From: Chthoniobacteraceae bacterium
Lineage (GTDB): Bacteria > Verrucomicrobiota > Verrucomicrobiia > Chthoniobacterales > Chthoniobacteraceae
Assembly (NCBI GenBank): GCA_049521415.1
Contig: JBEKOV010000001.1
Location: forward strand, 28,808-92,807
Reading direction: 5' to 3'
DNA: 64,000 bases
The notes below the pieces were generated by a model, which was not told where the DNA came from, made no database searches, and was given only the letters and a program-made list of their open reading frames with translations. Each line of letters opens with the position of its first letter. Positions within the stretch are counted from its first letter, which is position 1. Positions 1 to 8,576 of the stretch are shown piece after piece. A program made the position numbers and the translations under genes.

Positions 1-2
1 TG

Positions 3-1001
3 GGGCTGGTGCTGGTGGGGGGCTTCGGCGCGGGCGCGGTGCTGCACGGGCATCTGGACGTGGGGCATTATGTGCAGTTTCTGATGCTGGCGCCGTTTTT
101 GTATGACCCGATCGGGCGGCTGCATCAGTTGAATCAGCTTTTCCAGGCCGGGCGCGCGGCGGGGGAGCGGGTGTTCGAGATTATGGATGAGAAGGCGGAG
201 CCGGGGGAGTCGGCGGGGGAGGAGGAGGTCGAGCCGGTGCGGGGGGAGGTGGAGTTTCGGAATGTGTCGTTTGCCTATGATGAGGCGCTGCCGGTGCTGC
301 GCGGCATCCGGCTGCACGCGCAGCCGGGGGAAACGGTGGCGCTGGTGGGACAGACGGGGGCGGGAAAATCGACGCTGGTGAATCTGATCACGCGGTTTTA
401 CGAGTATGACTCGGGCGAGATTCTGATTGATGGGCGGCCGCTGCGGGAGCTGCCGAAGAACGCGCTGCGGCGGGCGGTGGGGATGGTGACGCAGGAGAGT
501 TTTCTGTTTAACGGGACGATTCGGGAGAATCTGCGGCTGGGGAAGCCGGATGCGTCGAGTGAGGAGATGATGGCGGCGCTGGAGGCTGCGAACGCGCGGG
601 AATTCGTGGATCGGACGGGGAAGGGGCTGGATACGATCGTGGGGGAGCGGGGTGTGAAGCTGAGCGTGGGGGAGAAGCAGCGGATTTCGATTGCGCGGGC
701 GCTATTGAAGGACCCGCCTATCCTGGTGCTGGACGAGGCGACGGCGAGCGTGGATACGACGACGGAGCGATTGATCCAGCAGGCGCTGGAGAGGCTGATG
801 GAGCGGCGGACGAGTTTTGTGATCGCGCACCGGCTATCGACGGTGCGGCATGCGGACCAGATCCTGGTGATGGAGCATGGGCGGATCGTGGAGCGCGGAC
901 GGCATGAGGAGCTGCTGGCGCTGGGCGGGATTTACGCGCGGCTGTGCGCGAATAGTTTCATGGATACCGGGGCGGGGCGGGTGGCGGAGGTGGTGGGGTA
1001 G
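3..1001 (+). CDS. ABC exporter, C-terminal ATP-binding domain (MsbA/ABCB-like fused permease-ATPase); 5' end outside window
   Basis: Walker A GQTGAGKST, ABC signature LSVGEKQRISIARAL, Walker B ILVLDEATASVD, H-loop VIAHRLST; frame open to window edge. Confidence 0.9.
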   Translation, partial: GLVLVGGFGAGAVLHGHLDVGHYVQFLMLAPFLYDPIGRLHQLNQLFQAGRAAGERVFEIMDEKAEPGESAGEEEVEPVRGEVEFRNVSFAYDEALPVLRGIRLHAQPGETVALVGQTGAGKSTLVNLITRFYEYDSGEILIDGRPLRELPKNALRRAVGMVTQESFLFNGTIRENLRLGKPDASSEEMMAALEAANAREFVDRTGKGLDTIVGERGVKLSVGEKQRISIARALLKDPPILVLDEATASVDTTTERLIQQALERLMERRTSFVIAHRLSTVRHADQILVMEHGRIVERGRHEELLALGGIYARLCANSFMDTGAGRVAEVVG

Positions 1002-1009
1002 AATCGGAT

Positions 1010-1474
1010 TCAAGTGGCCTGATGATCGTCGTCGTCATGCGGGTGAGGGTCGGGGCTGGACTGACCGGGCTCGCCGGGATGCCAATGGCCCTGCTGCTGA
1101 TGCTGCAATTGCTCGAGGCGTTCTTTTTGCATCTGCTGGAGCTTTGCCCGCTGGTCCGGGGTCAAATCGGCGGAGATTTGGGCGTAAGCCTGATCGAGGA
1201 CCTTGATGACATTGTCCGTACACTCGCCACGGTAACGATGGATATCCTCGGCGGCTTTCTGGACGATGGGCGTGATCTCCGCGACCTGGTCGGGAGTCAA
1301 TTCGAGCCGGGTTTTGAGGTGGTTGAGGATGCGGAGAGCGACTTCCGGCTCCTTGGGCTCGGCCAGGAGGCGGATCTTGGCCTCATACACGCCGAGCGCG
1401 CCGCCGGAGATGCCGCCGGTAACGAAGATGGCTACTGCGTAACCGATCGTTTTCCATTTGGAAAACCGGGTCAT
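1010..1474 (-). CDS. membrane-anchored periplasmic LTXXQ-repeat protein (Spy/CpxP-like), His/Asp-rich C-terminus
   Basis: Start chosen at MTRFSKWK (ATG 1474), which gives ATGA overlap with the upstream ORF; N-terminal TM segment; two LTPDQ motifs; tail HPHDDDDH. Confidence 0.6.
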   Translation of the reverse strand: MTRFSKWKTIGYAVAIFVTGGISGGALGVYEAKIRLLAEPKEPEVALRILNHLKTRLELTPDQVAEITPIVQKAAEDIHRYRGECTDNVIKVLDQAYAQISADLTPDQRAKLQQMQKERLEQLQHQQQGHWHPGEPGQSSPDPHPHDDDDHQAT

Positions 1475-1764
1475 GGAAGACCCGCGGTCGCGTCGTAGCT
1501 GGCGATTGACATCTCGACGCTGGGCACGGTGGTATCGGTCTTGTAGCTCCAGCCGACGGATATGGCCATGACCGCGATGGCGCACAGAAAGGCGCGGCGA
1601 AACCAGAGCATTTCCAGCCCGGGTGTGTCCCGGCCGGAGCCGGCCTTCCAGCCGGCGATGACGCGGGTGGCAAGGCCAAAGGGAGGTGTTTCCTCGGCGA
1701 TGGCGGGGGAGAACTGACCTGCGGCACGGAGGAGCCGGTCGATGGGTTGATCGGAATTTTTCAT
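1471..1764 (-). CDS. putative anti-sigma factor (single-pass membrane protein)
   Basis: 97-aa ORF coupled by 4-nt overlaps to the ECF sigma upstream and the LTXXQ gene downstream; central hydrophobic helix RRAFLCAIAVMAISVGW. Confidence 0.5.
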   Translation of the reverse strand: MKNSDQPIDRLLRAAGQFSPAIAEETPPFGLATRVIAGWKAGSGRDTPGLEMLWFRRAFLCAIAVMAISVGWSYKTDTTVPSVEMSIASYDATAGLP

Positions 1765-2348
1765 AGTTTTCCCTGGCTGTTGAGTTCCTGAAAAATCTTC
1801 TTGAGCTTTTGCCGTGCCCGGAAGGCGCGCACTTTGATGGTGGCGATGCTCCAGCCGGTGGCCTGTTTTATATCATCCATAGAATAGCCCTCCAAGTGAA
1901 GCATGGAGATGACAAGGCGATCCTGGGGATTGAGGGCGGCAAGGAGGGTCTCGACGAGGTCGCGCGAAGCGGCGCCGCTGGAGGGGTCGAGATCGGCCGG
2001 GGTGGCGGCAAGGGACTCGAGCAAGGCGGCCTGGTCGCTGCTGAGGTCCGACCAGCGCAGCTCCGGGCGGGAAGACTCCGCCTTGAGGGCATTGAGGCAG
2101 GTGTTGACGGCGATGCGTGAGACCCAATGTTCGACGGGGACTTTGCCGGAATATTGGTCAAGGTTTGAGAATACCTTGATGAAGACGACCTGGCAGAGGT
2201 CCTCCTCGCTGGAGCGGCGGGGCAGATGGGCGCGGACGAGCTTGAGGACGAGGGGATAGAGCTCGCGTATGAAGTCCGACGCCGCCCCTTCGTCCTGCCC
2301 GCGCAATCCGGCGAGGCAGGCTTCCATATCGAAGCCGGCATCAGCCAT
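1761..2348 (-). CDS. ECF-type RNA polymerase sigma-70 family factor
   Basis: Region 2 (DLCQVVFIKVF, HWVSRIAVNTCLN) and region 4 HTH (LEGYSMDDIKQATGWSIATIKVRAFRARQKL); start at MADAGF (ATG 2348), ORF could extend to 2435. Confidence 0.85.
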   Translation of the reverse strand: MADAGFDMEACLAGLRGQDEGAASDFIRELYPLVLKLVRAHLPRRSSEEDLCQVVFIKVFSNLDQYSGKVPVEHWVSRIAVNTCLNALKAESSRPELRWSDLSSDQAALLESLAATPADLDPSSGAASRDLVETLLAALNPQDRLVISMLHLEGYSMDDIKQATGWSIATIKVRAFRARQKLKKIFQELNSQGKL

Positions 2349-2573
2349 GGGAACATAGAGACGGAGTCCACACAGTGGTATGACAATCGGAGTGGGCGGG
2401 AGGTTACAACCAGCCGCCGCCCGGCGATCGCCCATATATTAGAGCCCGGGAGGGGGAGGCTGGGCGAGAAGATTCACGGCGCGGGAATGGTGTAACCTTC
2501 CCGGCGGGGCTGGTGTCATGACCGTTAGAGCGCGTCACTCAACCGAGCGCCGAAAATCAAAGTAAATACAAAC

Positions 2574-3302
2574 ATGAAACGAAATTTAATTCTCCCCATT
2601 CTCGCCTGCGGCGCCAGCCTGTTGCTGGCCACGGTCGCGCAGGCACAAAGTCCGGCCTTGGTGTCGGGTTCCTCTTCGGCAACGCCCGGCGAGGGTGGCG
2701 GCCATAGGCACGGCGGTGTGCTGGCGCACCTGACCTACGCACTGGGGCTCTCCGGCTCGCAGCAGGCGGAAATCGCGCCGATCATCGAAGCGGCCAAGCC
2801 GCAGTTGAAGCAAATCCACGATAACGCGCAGACGCAGCGCGACCAGGTGCTGAATAACGTGGGCGCCCAGATCACACCGCTGCTGACGCCCGATCAGCAG
2901 ACGAAGTTCGCGGCAATGTTGCAGAGATTTGAAAACGGGGGCGGCGCGGGGCGGCATTTCGGCAGGCATTTCAAGGGGGCGGGAGCGGGCGGCGCGGGAG
3001 GGCAGGGCGATATGCTGGCGAGGCTGACCACGCAGCTTGGCTTGACCACGGACGAGCAGGGCCAGATCAAGCCGATCCTTGACGCGGCGCACACGCAGAT
3101 CGAGTCCATCCGGCAAAATACCAGCCTCACGCCGGAGCAGAAGTTCGCGCAGATCAAGACCGTGATGGATGCGGCGCACGGGCAGATCAATGGAATCCTG
3201 ACGCCGGCTCAGCAGGAGCAATTGGCGTCACTCAAGGGCCAGTTTCATCACCATAATCATCACGGCTGGCCCTCCCCGAGCCCGACCACGAGCGGGAGTT
3301 AG
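2574..3302 (+). CDS. secreted LTXXQ-repeat protein (Spy/CpxP family-like) with His-rich tail
   Basis: Signal peptide MKRNLILPILACGASLLLATVAQA; repeated LTPDQQ/LTPEQK/LTPAQQ motifs; C-terminal HHHNHH. Confidence 0.65.
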   Translation: MKRNLILPILACGASLLLATVAQAQSPALVSGSSSATPGEGGGHRHGGVLAHLTYALGLSGSQQAEIAPIIEAAKPQLKQIHDNAQTQRDQVLNNVGAQITPLLTPDQQTKFAAMLQRFENGGGAGRHFGRHFKGAGAGGAGGQGDMLARLTTQLGLTTDEQGQIKPILDAAHTQIESIRQNTSLTPEQKFAQIKTVMDAAHGQINGILTPAQQEQLASLKGQFHHHNHHGWPSPSPTTSGS

Positions 3303-3330
3303 GGCGGCAGATTATATTTTGTGGGAAGCG

Positions 3331-3365
3331 CTGCCGCGGGGTTCGCCTCGCGGCAGTGTTTTTTT
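3331..3365 (+). terminator. rho-independent terminator after the LTXXQ gene
   Basis: 8-bp stem CTGCCGCG/CGCGGCAG (3331-3338 and 3349-3356) followed by TGTTTTTTT. Confidence 0.7.
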
Positions 3366-3789
3366 ACAGGGTCAAGGCGCGCTGCTGGCGCGAGGAACCC
3401 TGGCGGTATTGAAATGTCTGCGTGCCAAACCAGATGCTCAAGAGCCGCTGCCCATCCTGGGAAAGGGCGAATTTCACCTGCTGATGGATGGGAATCTGCG
3501 CGAGCGGAACGTCGGTGCCCTCGTGAATGATGCGCACATCAGCGGTGACAGGATAAACCTTCGTGTCCTTCCCCCTGCGGATGGTGACGGTATTGGCCGC
3601 GACATCGATGGCCGTCACGACGCCGTCCGAGGGCGAGAAGTGCTTGGTCTCGTAGGTCTGCCATTCGTCCCAATGCCCACTGCTGGGCTTGTACCTGGGC
3701 GCATTCGCGCAGGCGGAAATGACGAGGGCAGCCGCCGCGCAGCCGGCGATGCGGAAGGGGAACTTTCGGGAACAAATAAGGACGGGCAC
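3364..3789 (-). CDS. small lipoprotein, unknown function
   Basis: No ATG; GTG at 3789 gives VPVLICSRKFPFRIAGCAAAALVISAC with lipobox-like VISAC. The upstream part of ORF 3364..4071 overlaps the next gene and looks non-coding. Confidence 0.5.
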   Translation of the reverse strand: MPVLICSRKFPFRIAGCAAAALVISACANAPRYKPSSGHWDEWQTYETKHFSPSDGVVTAIDVAANTVTIRRGKDTKVYPVTADVRIIHEGTDVPLAQIPIHQQVKFALSQDGQRLLSIWFGTQTFQYRQGSSRQQRALTL

Positions 3790-3856
3790 AGTGTCAACCT
3801 TGGCCCGTGAAACTCCAATTTTCAAGCGGGGGCTTAAACCCAAAATCTGAAGTTGT

Positions 3857-4732
3857 TTAGATGAGCGGACGCGCGACGATGATGCCGGCGTCGCTGCGAT
3901 AACGGTCGAGATAATCGGAGAGCCGGTCGTCGATGACGACGCGGCCGTAATTGTTCGGCGATGAGGCGTGCATGAAATGAACGACGCCCATCCCGTCGCG
4001 GTAGGCCATGCCGACGTGGGCCGTAGAGATGAGGCCATCCTCGCGCGAGGTGACGCAAATGATATCGCCATCCTGAAGGTATCGCTCGATGTAGGGCACG
4101 CGGCTCTTGGGGATGTGATACATGGGCCGGGCGGTGACGCGATCCTCCATTTCCTGGAGGGGGCCGAGGAGGTCGGGATTGGCGCGAAGGTAACGGTATT
4201 CGCGCCAGCCGTCGGTCATTTCGCTGGCCTCGTGCGGGACGCGGACTCCGCCGAGCACGCGGGTCATGTCCCTGACGAGGCCGCGCCGGTCATTGTCGTA
4301 AAGCCAGTCTTCGAGATAATGGAGGCGGGAGAGATATTGGCCGGTGCAATGGCCGCCGCGGTAACGGTCGAGCTCGATGAAATGCAGCATCGACTGAGGG
4401 GTCCAGGCCTCGCGCGGCTCGCCGACCATGCGGGCGAAGGCGAGCGAGGTCTCGAAGAAGGTCCAGCAATCGAGACCGTTGAAATCGACCGACGGCGCCT
4501 CGACGTGGTCGTCGATTTCGAGGGTGAACGAGCGATAGGGCGTGCCGACGAGCGCGCGGCCGACGGCGCATGTGCGTTCGCCAATGGGCAGGGCTTTCCA
4601 GTTTTCCTGTTCGGCGCGCTGGATCAATTCGTCGAAACGGTCGCGTCCGCGGAAGACGAGATTGAAAGGCAGACCGGCGAAGGCCGGCAGCGCCAGGAAG
4701 ACAAACAAGAGGGTGAGCAGGCGAATCTTCAC
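3857..4732 (-). CDS. DUF1460-like (N-acetylmuramoyl-L-alanine amidase-like) secreted protein
   Basis: GTG 4732 gives VKIRLLTLLFVFLALPAFA signal peptide; conserved-looking GTPYRSFTLE...VDFNGLDCWTFFETSLAFA block recalled from the DUF1460 family. ATG alternative at 4855. Confidence 0.6.
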   Translation of the reverse strand: MKIRLLTLLFVFLALPAFAGLPFNLVFRGRDRFDELIQRAEQENWKALPIGERTCAVGRALVGTPYRSFTLEIDDHVEAPSVDFNGLDCWTFFETSLAFARMVGEPREAWTPQSMLHFIELDRYRGGHCTGQYLSRLHYLEDWLYDNDRRGLVRDMTRVLGGVRVPHEASEMTDGWREYRYLRANPDLLGPLQEMEDRVTARPMYHIPKSRVPYIERYLQDGDIICVTSREDGLISTAHVGMAYRDGMGVVHFMHASSPNNYGRVVIDDRLSDYLDRYRSDAGIIVARPLI

Positions 4733-5042
4733 GGGATTGACAGTGCCCCAGCTTGCGGGAGGTTCAAGGGCAAGTTCGCGATTTGCAGGGGGAAGGGACC
4801 TAAAGCAGTTTCTGTTTAATCTGTTGGAGAACCGGGGGGAAGAGAATAAGGGCATCGAAAGGCGCTGCGCTGTTTCGATGGGGGCACGGCGGCTATTTTG
4901 CGATGATGCGCGGATCTGATTTATAGGAACCGGATTGATGGGGAATTTGGGGCCACCGTGCCCTTTTTTTGAAGGCTCGCCCACCCACCAACCGCCACGG
5001 GTCCCCGCCTCCTCCTCGGCGGGGCTTCGCCCCGAGACCCCA

Positions 5043-5066
5043 CTCAGGGGACTACTGTCCCCTGAG
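5043..5066 (-). terminator. 10-bp perfect hairpin downstream of larC (no T-run)
   Basis: CTCAGGGGAC tact GTCCCCTGAG; a second GC hairpin GGGGCttcGCCCC lies at 5021-5033. Confidence 0.4.
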
Positions 5067-5110
5067 GACCCCGAATTGTCGCTGACGCGACAAATTGAAT
5101 CGAAAGCGTT

Positions 5111-6397
5111 CTAAGTCTTTCCGCTGCGCGCGTGGATGGCGGCTTCGAAAATGGTCCGGATCGGCTGGCCGGTCTTTTCGCTCAAGGCCTTGCAGGACTC
5201 GAACTCAGGGGAGACCTGGAGCGTCTCGCCATTGAGGGAACCGATCTTGACGCTGACCGGGCCGTATGGGGTCTTCACGGTCTCGAAGGTGCGAGGGAGC
5301 TTCAGCCGGTCGACGCGGTCCATGCGCACACCGAATGTGGTGGTCTGCCGGAAGATCAACCCGGCCACGGCGCTCACCGCGGCGTCCTCGCACAGCGCGG
5401 TGAGTTGCAGGCCGGGGCGGTTTTTCTTCATCTGGATGGAGGTGAGGAAGACGTCGAGCGCGCCGGCTTTCAAAAGCTGCTCGGTGACGGCGCCGACGAT
5501 CTCCGGCGAGAGGTCGTCGATGTTCGTCTCGATGCGGGTGAGGGTGTCGCGCTCGTAGCCGGCGGGGCCGGCGGCCTCGACCGCCTCGCCCAGGACGGCG
5601 CGCAGGACGTTCGGGCGTGTTTTGCTCTCGCGGCTGCCGCAGCCGTAGCCGATTTTCTCGATCTTCAGCGCGGGCATGGGGCCGAAGGTTTCGGCGAACT
5701 CCGCGACGATGGCGGCGCCGGTGGGGGTGATGAATTCGAACGGCTCATCCACGGAAGCGAGCGGGAGGCCTTTGAGGATTTCGAGTGTCGCAGGCGCCGG
5801 CACGGGGAAGCGCCCGTGCGCGGCATCCACCCATCCGCGGCCCTCGGCCAGGGGCGAGGCGACAACGCGGTCCACCTTCAGCAGCTCGATGCCCACGCAG
5901 GCGAGGACGATGTCGGCGATGGAATCGAGCGCGCCGACTTCGTGGAATGTCACTTCGTCCGGTTTCATTCCGTGGATCTTGCCTTCGGCTTTTGCGATCC
6001 GCTCGAAGATGCCGGTCGCACGGCGTTTCACGAAATCGGAAAGGCCGCTCTTCTCGATGAGGTCGCGAATCTCCCGGAAGCCGCGGCCATGGTGGTGGTG
6101 GTGCTCCTCGTGCTCGTGATGGTGGTGTTCATGTTCACGCTCATGATGGTGCTCGTGCTCATCGTGGTGATGGTCATGCCCGTGCCCGTGCTTGTGCGTG
6201 GCGCCTTCGTGGATGGTGAATTTCACTCCGTCGATGCCTTGCCGCTTCTCGCGCTCCCAATGAGCGTGGAAATCGCCGATGTCGAGTTTCCCGAGTTCCC
6301 ACTCGAAAGCGGAGGGTTTGATGCCGAGATCGCACAACGCCCCGACGGTCATATCGCCACTGATGCCGGAGAAGCAGTCGAGGTAAAGCGTTCGCAT
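5111..6397 (-). CDS. larC: nickel insertion protein LarC (pyridinium-3,5-bisthiocarboxylic acid mononucleotide nickel chelatase)
   Basis: MRTLYLDCFSGISGDM N-terminus, long His-rich tract HKHGHGHDHHHDEHEHHHEREHEHHHHEHEEHHHHH, conserved FHEVGALDSI. Start ATG 6397 lies inside the 772-aa ORF. Confidence 0.9.
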   Translation of the reverse strand: MRTLYLDCFSGISGDMTVGALCDLGIKPSAFEWELGKLDIGDFHAHWEREKRQGIDGVKFTIHEGATHKHGHGHDHHHDEHEHHHEREHEHHHHEHEEHHHHHGRGFREIRDLIEKSGLSDFVKRRATGIFERIAKAEGKIHGMKPDEVTFHEVGALDSIADIVLACVGIELLKVDRVVASPLAEGRGWVDAAHGRFPVPAPATLEILKGLPLASVDEPFEFITPTGAAIVAEFAETFGPMPALKIEKIGYGCGSRESKTRPNVLRAVLGEAVEAAGPAGYERDTLTRIETNIDDLSPEIVGAVTEQLLKAGALDVFLTSIQMKKNRPGLQLTALCEDAAVSAVAGLIFRQTTTFGVRMDRVDRLKLPRTFETVKTPYGPVSVKIGSLNGETLQVSPEFESCKALSEKTGQPIRTIFEAAIHARSGKT

Positions 6398-6478
6398 AGA
6401 GCGAGCACTCTCCCATTGACGGCGTGATTTTCCAAGCGCTCTTGCCAACATGCCCGCATCCGCCTTGATTGAGAGCCC

Positions 6479-7315
6479 TTGAAGACAGTGAAGGAGATCA
6501 TTACGGCGACTGCCGGCTACTTCGAAAAGCATGGCGTGGAAAGCGCGCGGCTGAACGCGGAGCTGCTGCTGGCGCACGTGCTGGGCAAAAGGCGTATTGA
6601 CCTGTACCTGGAATTTGACCGCCCGCTGGGCGAGCGGGAACTGGGCCCGATGCGGGAATGGATGAAGCGCCGCGCGGCCGGCGAGCCGCTCCAGCATCTG
6701 CTGGGGACGGTGGAATTCCATGGCCGCCCGTTCCTGTGCGATGGCCGCGCGCTGGTCCCGCGGCCCGAGACTGAGCACCTGGTGGAATTGCTGCTGGCGC
6801 TTCCCGCGAAGCCGGCCCGCGTGCTGGACGTGGGAACCGGCAGCGGCGTCATCGCGCTGACCCTGGCGGTAGAATGGCCGGAGGCGGGCGTCGATGGCAT
6901 CGACCTCTCGCCCGATGCGCTGGCTCTGGCGGGTGAGAACGCGGCGCGACTGGGCCTGGCGGAACGCGTTCGTTTTTTCCGGAGCGATCTGTTTGCCAAT
7001 GTCCCGGACCGATACGATCTGATCGTCGCGAACCTGCCCTATGTCGCCGCCGGGGACCTGCCCGGCCTCTCGCGGGAGGTGCGCCGCGACCCGGCGCTCG
7101 CCCTGGACGGCGGGCGTGACGGCGCCGAGGTTATCCGCGCGTTCCTGGACCAGGCGCGCGCGCATCTGCCGCCGGGTGGGATGGTTGCGATCGAGATTGG
7201 GGCTGGACAGGCGGAAATGCTCGTGGAGCATCTGCGGCTCCTCGCGTATAAGGAGGTCCGGGCCACAGCCGATTACGCGGGCATCAACCGATTCCTCTTC
7301 GCAACCCATGGATAA
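6479..7315 (+). CDS. prmC: peptide chain release factor N5-glutamine methyltransferase
   Basis: SAM motif [13 protein letters not shown] and catalytic-loop variant IVANLPYV (NPPY-type); TTG start in the track, GTG 6488 is an alternative. Confidence 0.85.
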   Translation: MKTVKEIITATAGYFEKHGVESARLNAELLLAHVLGKRRIDLYLEFDRPLGERELGPMREWMKRRAAGEPLQHLLGTVEFHGRPFLCDGRALVPRPETEHLVELLLALPAKPARVLDVGTGSGVIALTLAVEWPEAGVDGIDLSPDALALAGENAARLGLAERVRFFRSDLFANVPDRYDLIVANLPYVAAGDLPGLSREVRRDPALALDGGRDGAEVIRAFLDQARAHLPPGGMVAIEIGAGQAEMLVEHLRLLAYKEVRATADYAGINRFLFATHG

Positions 7316-8573
7316 AATTCTAGTACACGGCGGCAAAAAGCTCTGTGGGACGGTGAATATCTCCGGCTCGAAGAATTCCGCGCTGCCCATCCTGGCCGCG
7401 ACACTGCTGACGAAAGACGAATGCGTCATCCACCACGTCCCGGACCTGTCTGACGTGCATTACATGCTGCAAATCCTGGATCACCTGGGCGCCCAGGTCG
7501 AGCGGGCCAGCGGCACCGTGACCGTGAAGGCGGAAAAGGTCACGACCGCGGCTCCGTATGAGATTGTCCGCAAGATGCGCGCCTCGGTCTGCGTGCTGGG
7601 CCCGCTGCTGGGCCGGGAGCGCGAGGCCACGGTCTCGATGCCCGGGGGCTGCGTTATTGGCGACCGGCCCATCGACCTGCACCTGAAGGGCTTCGAGGCG
7701 CTCGGTTCGGCCGTGCGCGTGGTGGGCGGCGATGTGAAGGTGCTGGCGCCGGAATTGAAGGGGGCCGTCATCTCAATGACGGGCAAGTTCGGCTCGACCG
7801 TGCTGGGCACGGATAACGTGATGATGGCCGCCGTCCTGGCGGAGGGGACCACGGTCATCGACGGCGCCGCCGAGGAGCCGGAGGTGGTCGATCTGGCGAA
7901 TTTCCTAAATAAGATGGGGGCAAAGGTCGAGGGGGCCGGGACGCGCCGTATTATCATCGAGGGGGTGAAAGAATTGCACGGCGCGGAGCACGAGGTCATC
8001 CCGGACCGGATTGAAGCGGGGACTTTCATGGTGGCCGCGGCGATCTGCGGGACGGAGGTCCGCTTGCGCCGTGTGCAGCCGGATCATTTGGGGTCGGTGA
8101 CGCAGGCACTCGAACGCGCCGGCTACCGCGTCGAAAGCACAAAGACCACGGTAACCGTCACGGGCAATGGCGAGCCGAAGCCGCTGGAATTGACCACCGA
8201 GACCTACTCCGGTTTCCCCACCGACATGCAGGCGCAAATGTGCGCTTTGCTCTCCCGCGCCAAGGGAATCAGCACCGTGACTGAAAATATCTTCCCCCAG
8301 CGTTTCATGCATGTCTCCGAGCTAAAGAGGATGGGGGCCAACATCACGCTCGAGAACAACACCGCCATTATTAACGGCGTGGACGCGCTGAGCGGGGCGC
8401 CCGTCATGGCCAGCGATCTGCGCGCCTCCGCCGCGCTCGTGCTGGCCGGCCTGCAAGCCGACGGCGTGACGGAAGTGAACCGGGTCTATCATATCGATCG
8501 CGGTTACGAGATGATCGACGAGAAGCTGAACGGGCTGGGCGCGGAAATCAAGCGGGTGAAGGTTGAGAAATAG
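7308..8573 (+). CDS. murA: UDP-N-acetylglucosamine 1-carboxyvinyltransferase
   Basis: [35 protein letters not shown]-terminus, about 421 aa; overlaps the prmC stop by 8 nt. Confidence 0.95.
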   Translation: MDKILVHGGKKLCGTVNISGSKNSALPILAATLLTKDECVIHHVPDLSDVHYMLQILDHLGAQVERASGTVTVKAEKVTTAAPYEIVRKMRASVCVLGPLLGREREATVSMPGGCVIGDRPIDLHLKGFEALGSAVRVVGGDVKVLAPELKGAVISMTGKFGSTVLGTDNVMMAAVLAEGTTVIDGAAEEPEVVDLANFLNKMGAKVEGAGTRRIIIEGVKELHGAEHEVIPDRIEAGTFMVAAAICGTEVRLRRVQPDHLGSVTQALERAGYRVESTKTTVTVTGNGEPKPLELTTETYSGFPTDMQAQMCALLSRAKGISTVTENIFPQRFMHVSELKRMGANITLENNTAIINGVDALSGAPVMASDLRASAALVLAGLQADGVTEVNRVYHIDRGYEMIDEKLNGLGAEIKRVKVEK

Positions 8574-8576
8574 GTC

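Noticed and set aside
6060-6190. CAC/CAT-rich tract as a microsatellite or assembly artefact
   Set aside because: It encodes the His-rich region that is a normal feature of LarC proteins and is in frame.
5111-7429. 772-aa minus-strand ORF
   Set aside because: Only the C-terminal 428 aa (from MRTLYLDC, ATG 6397) are LarC. The upstream part is Arg/Ala-rich antisense of prmC and murA, which have clear motifs on the plus strand.
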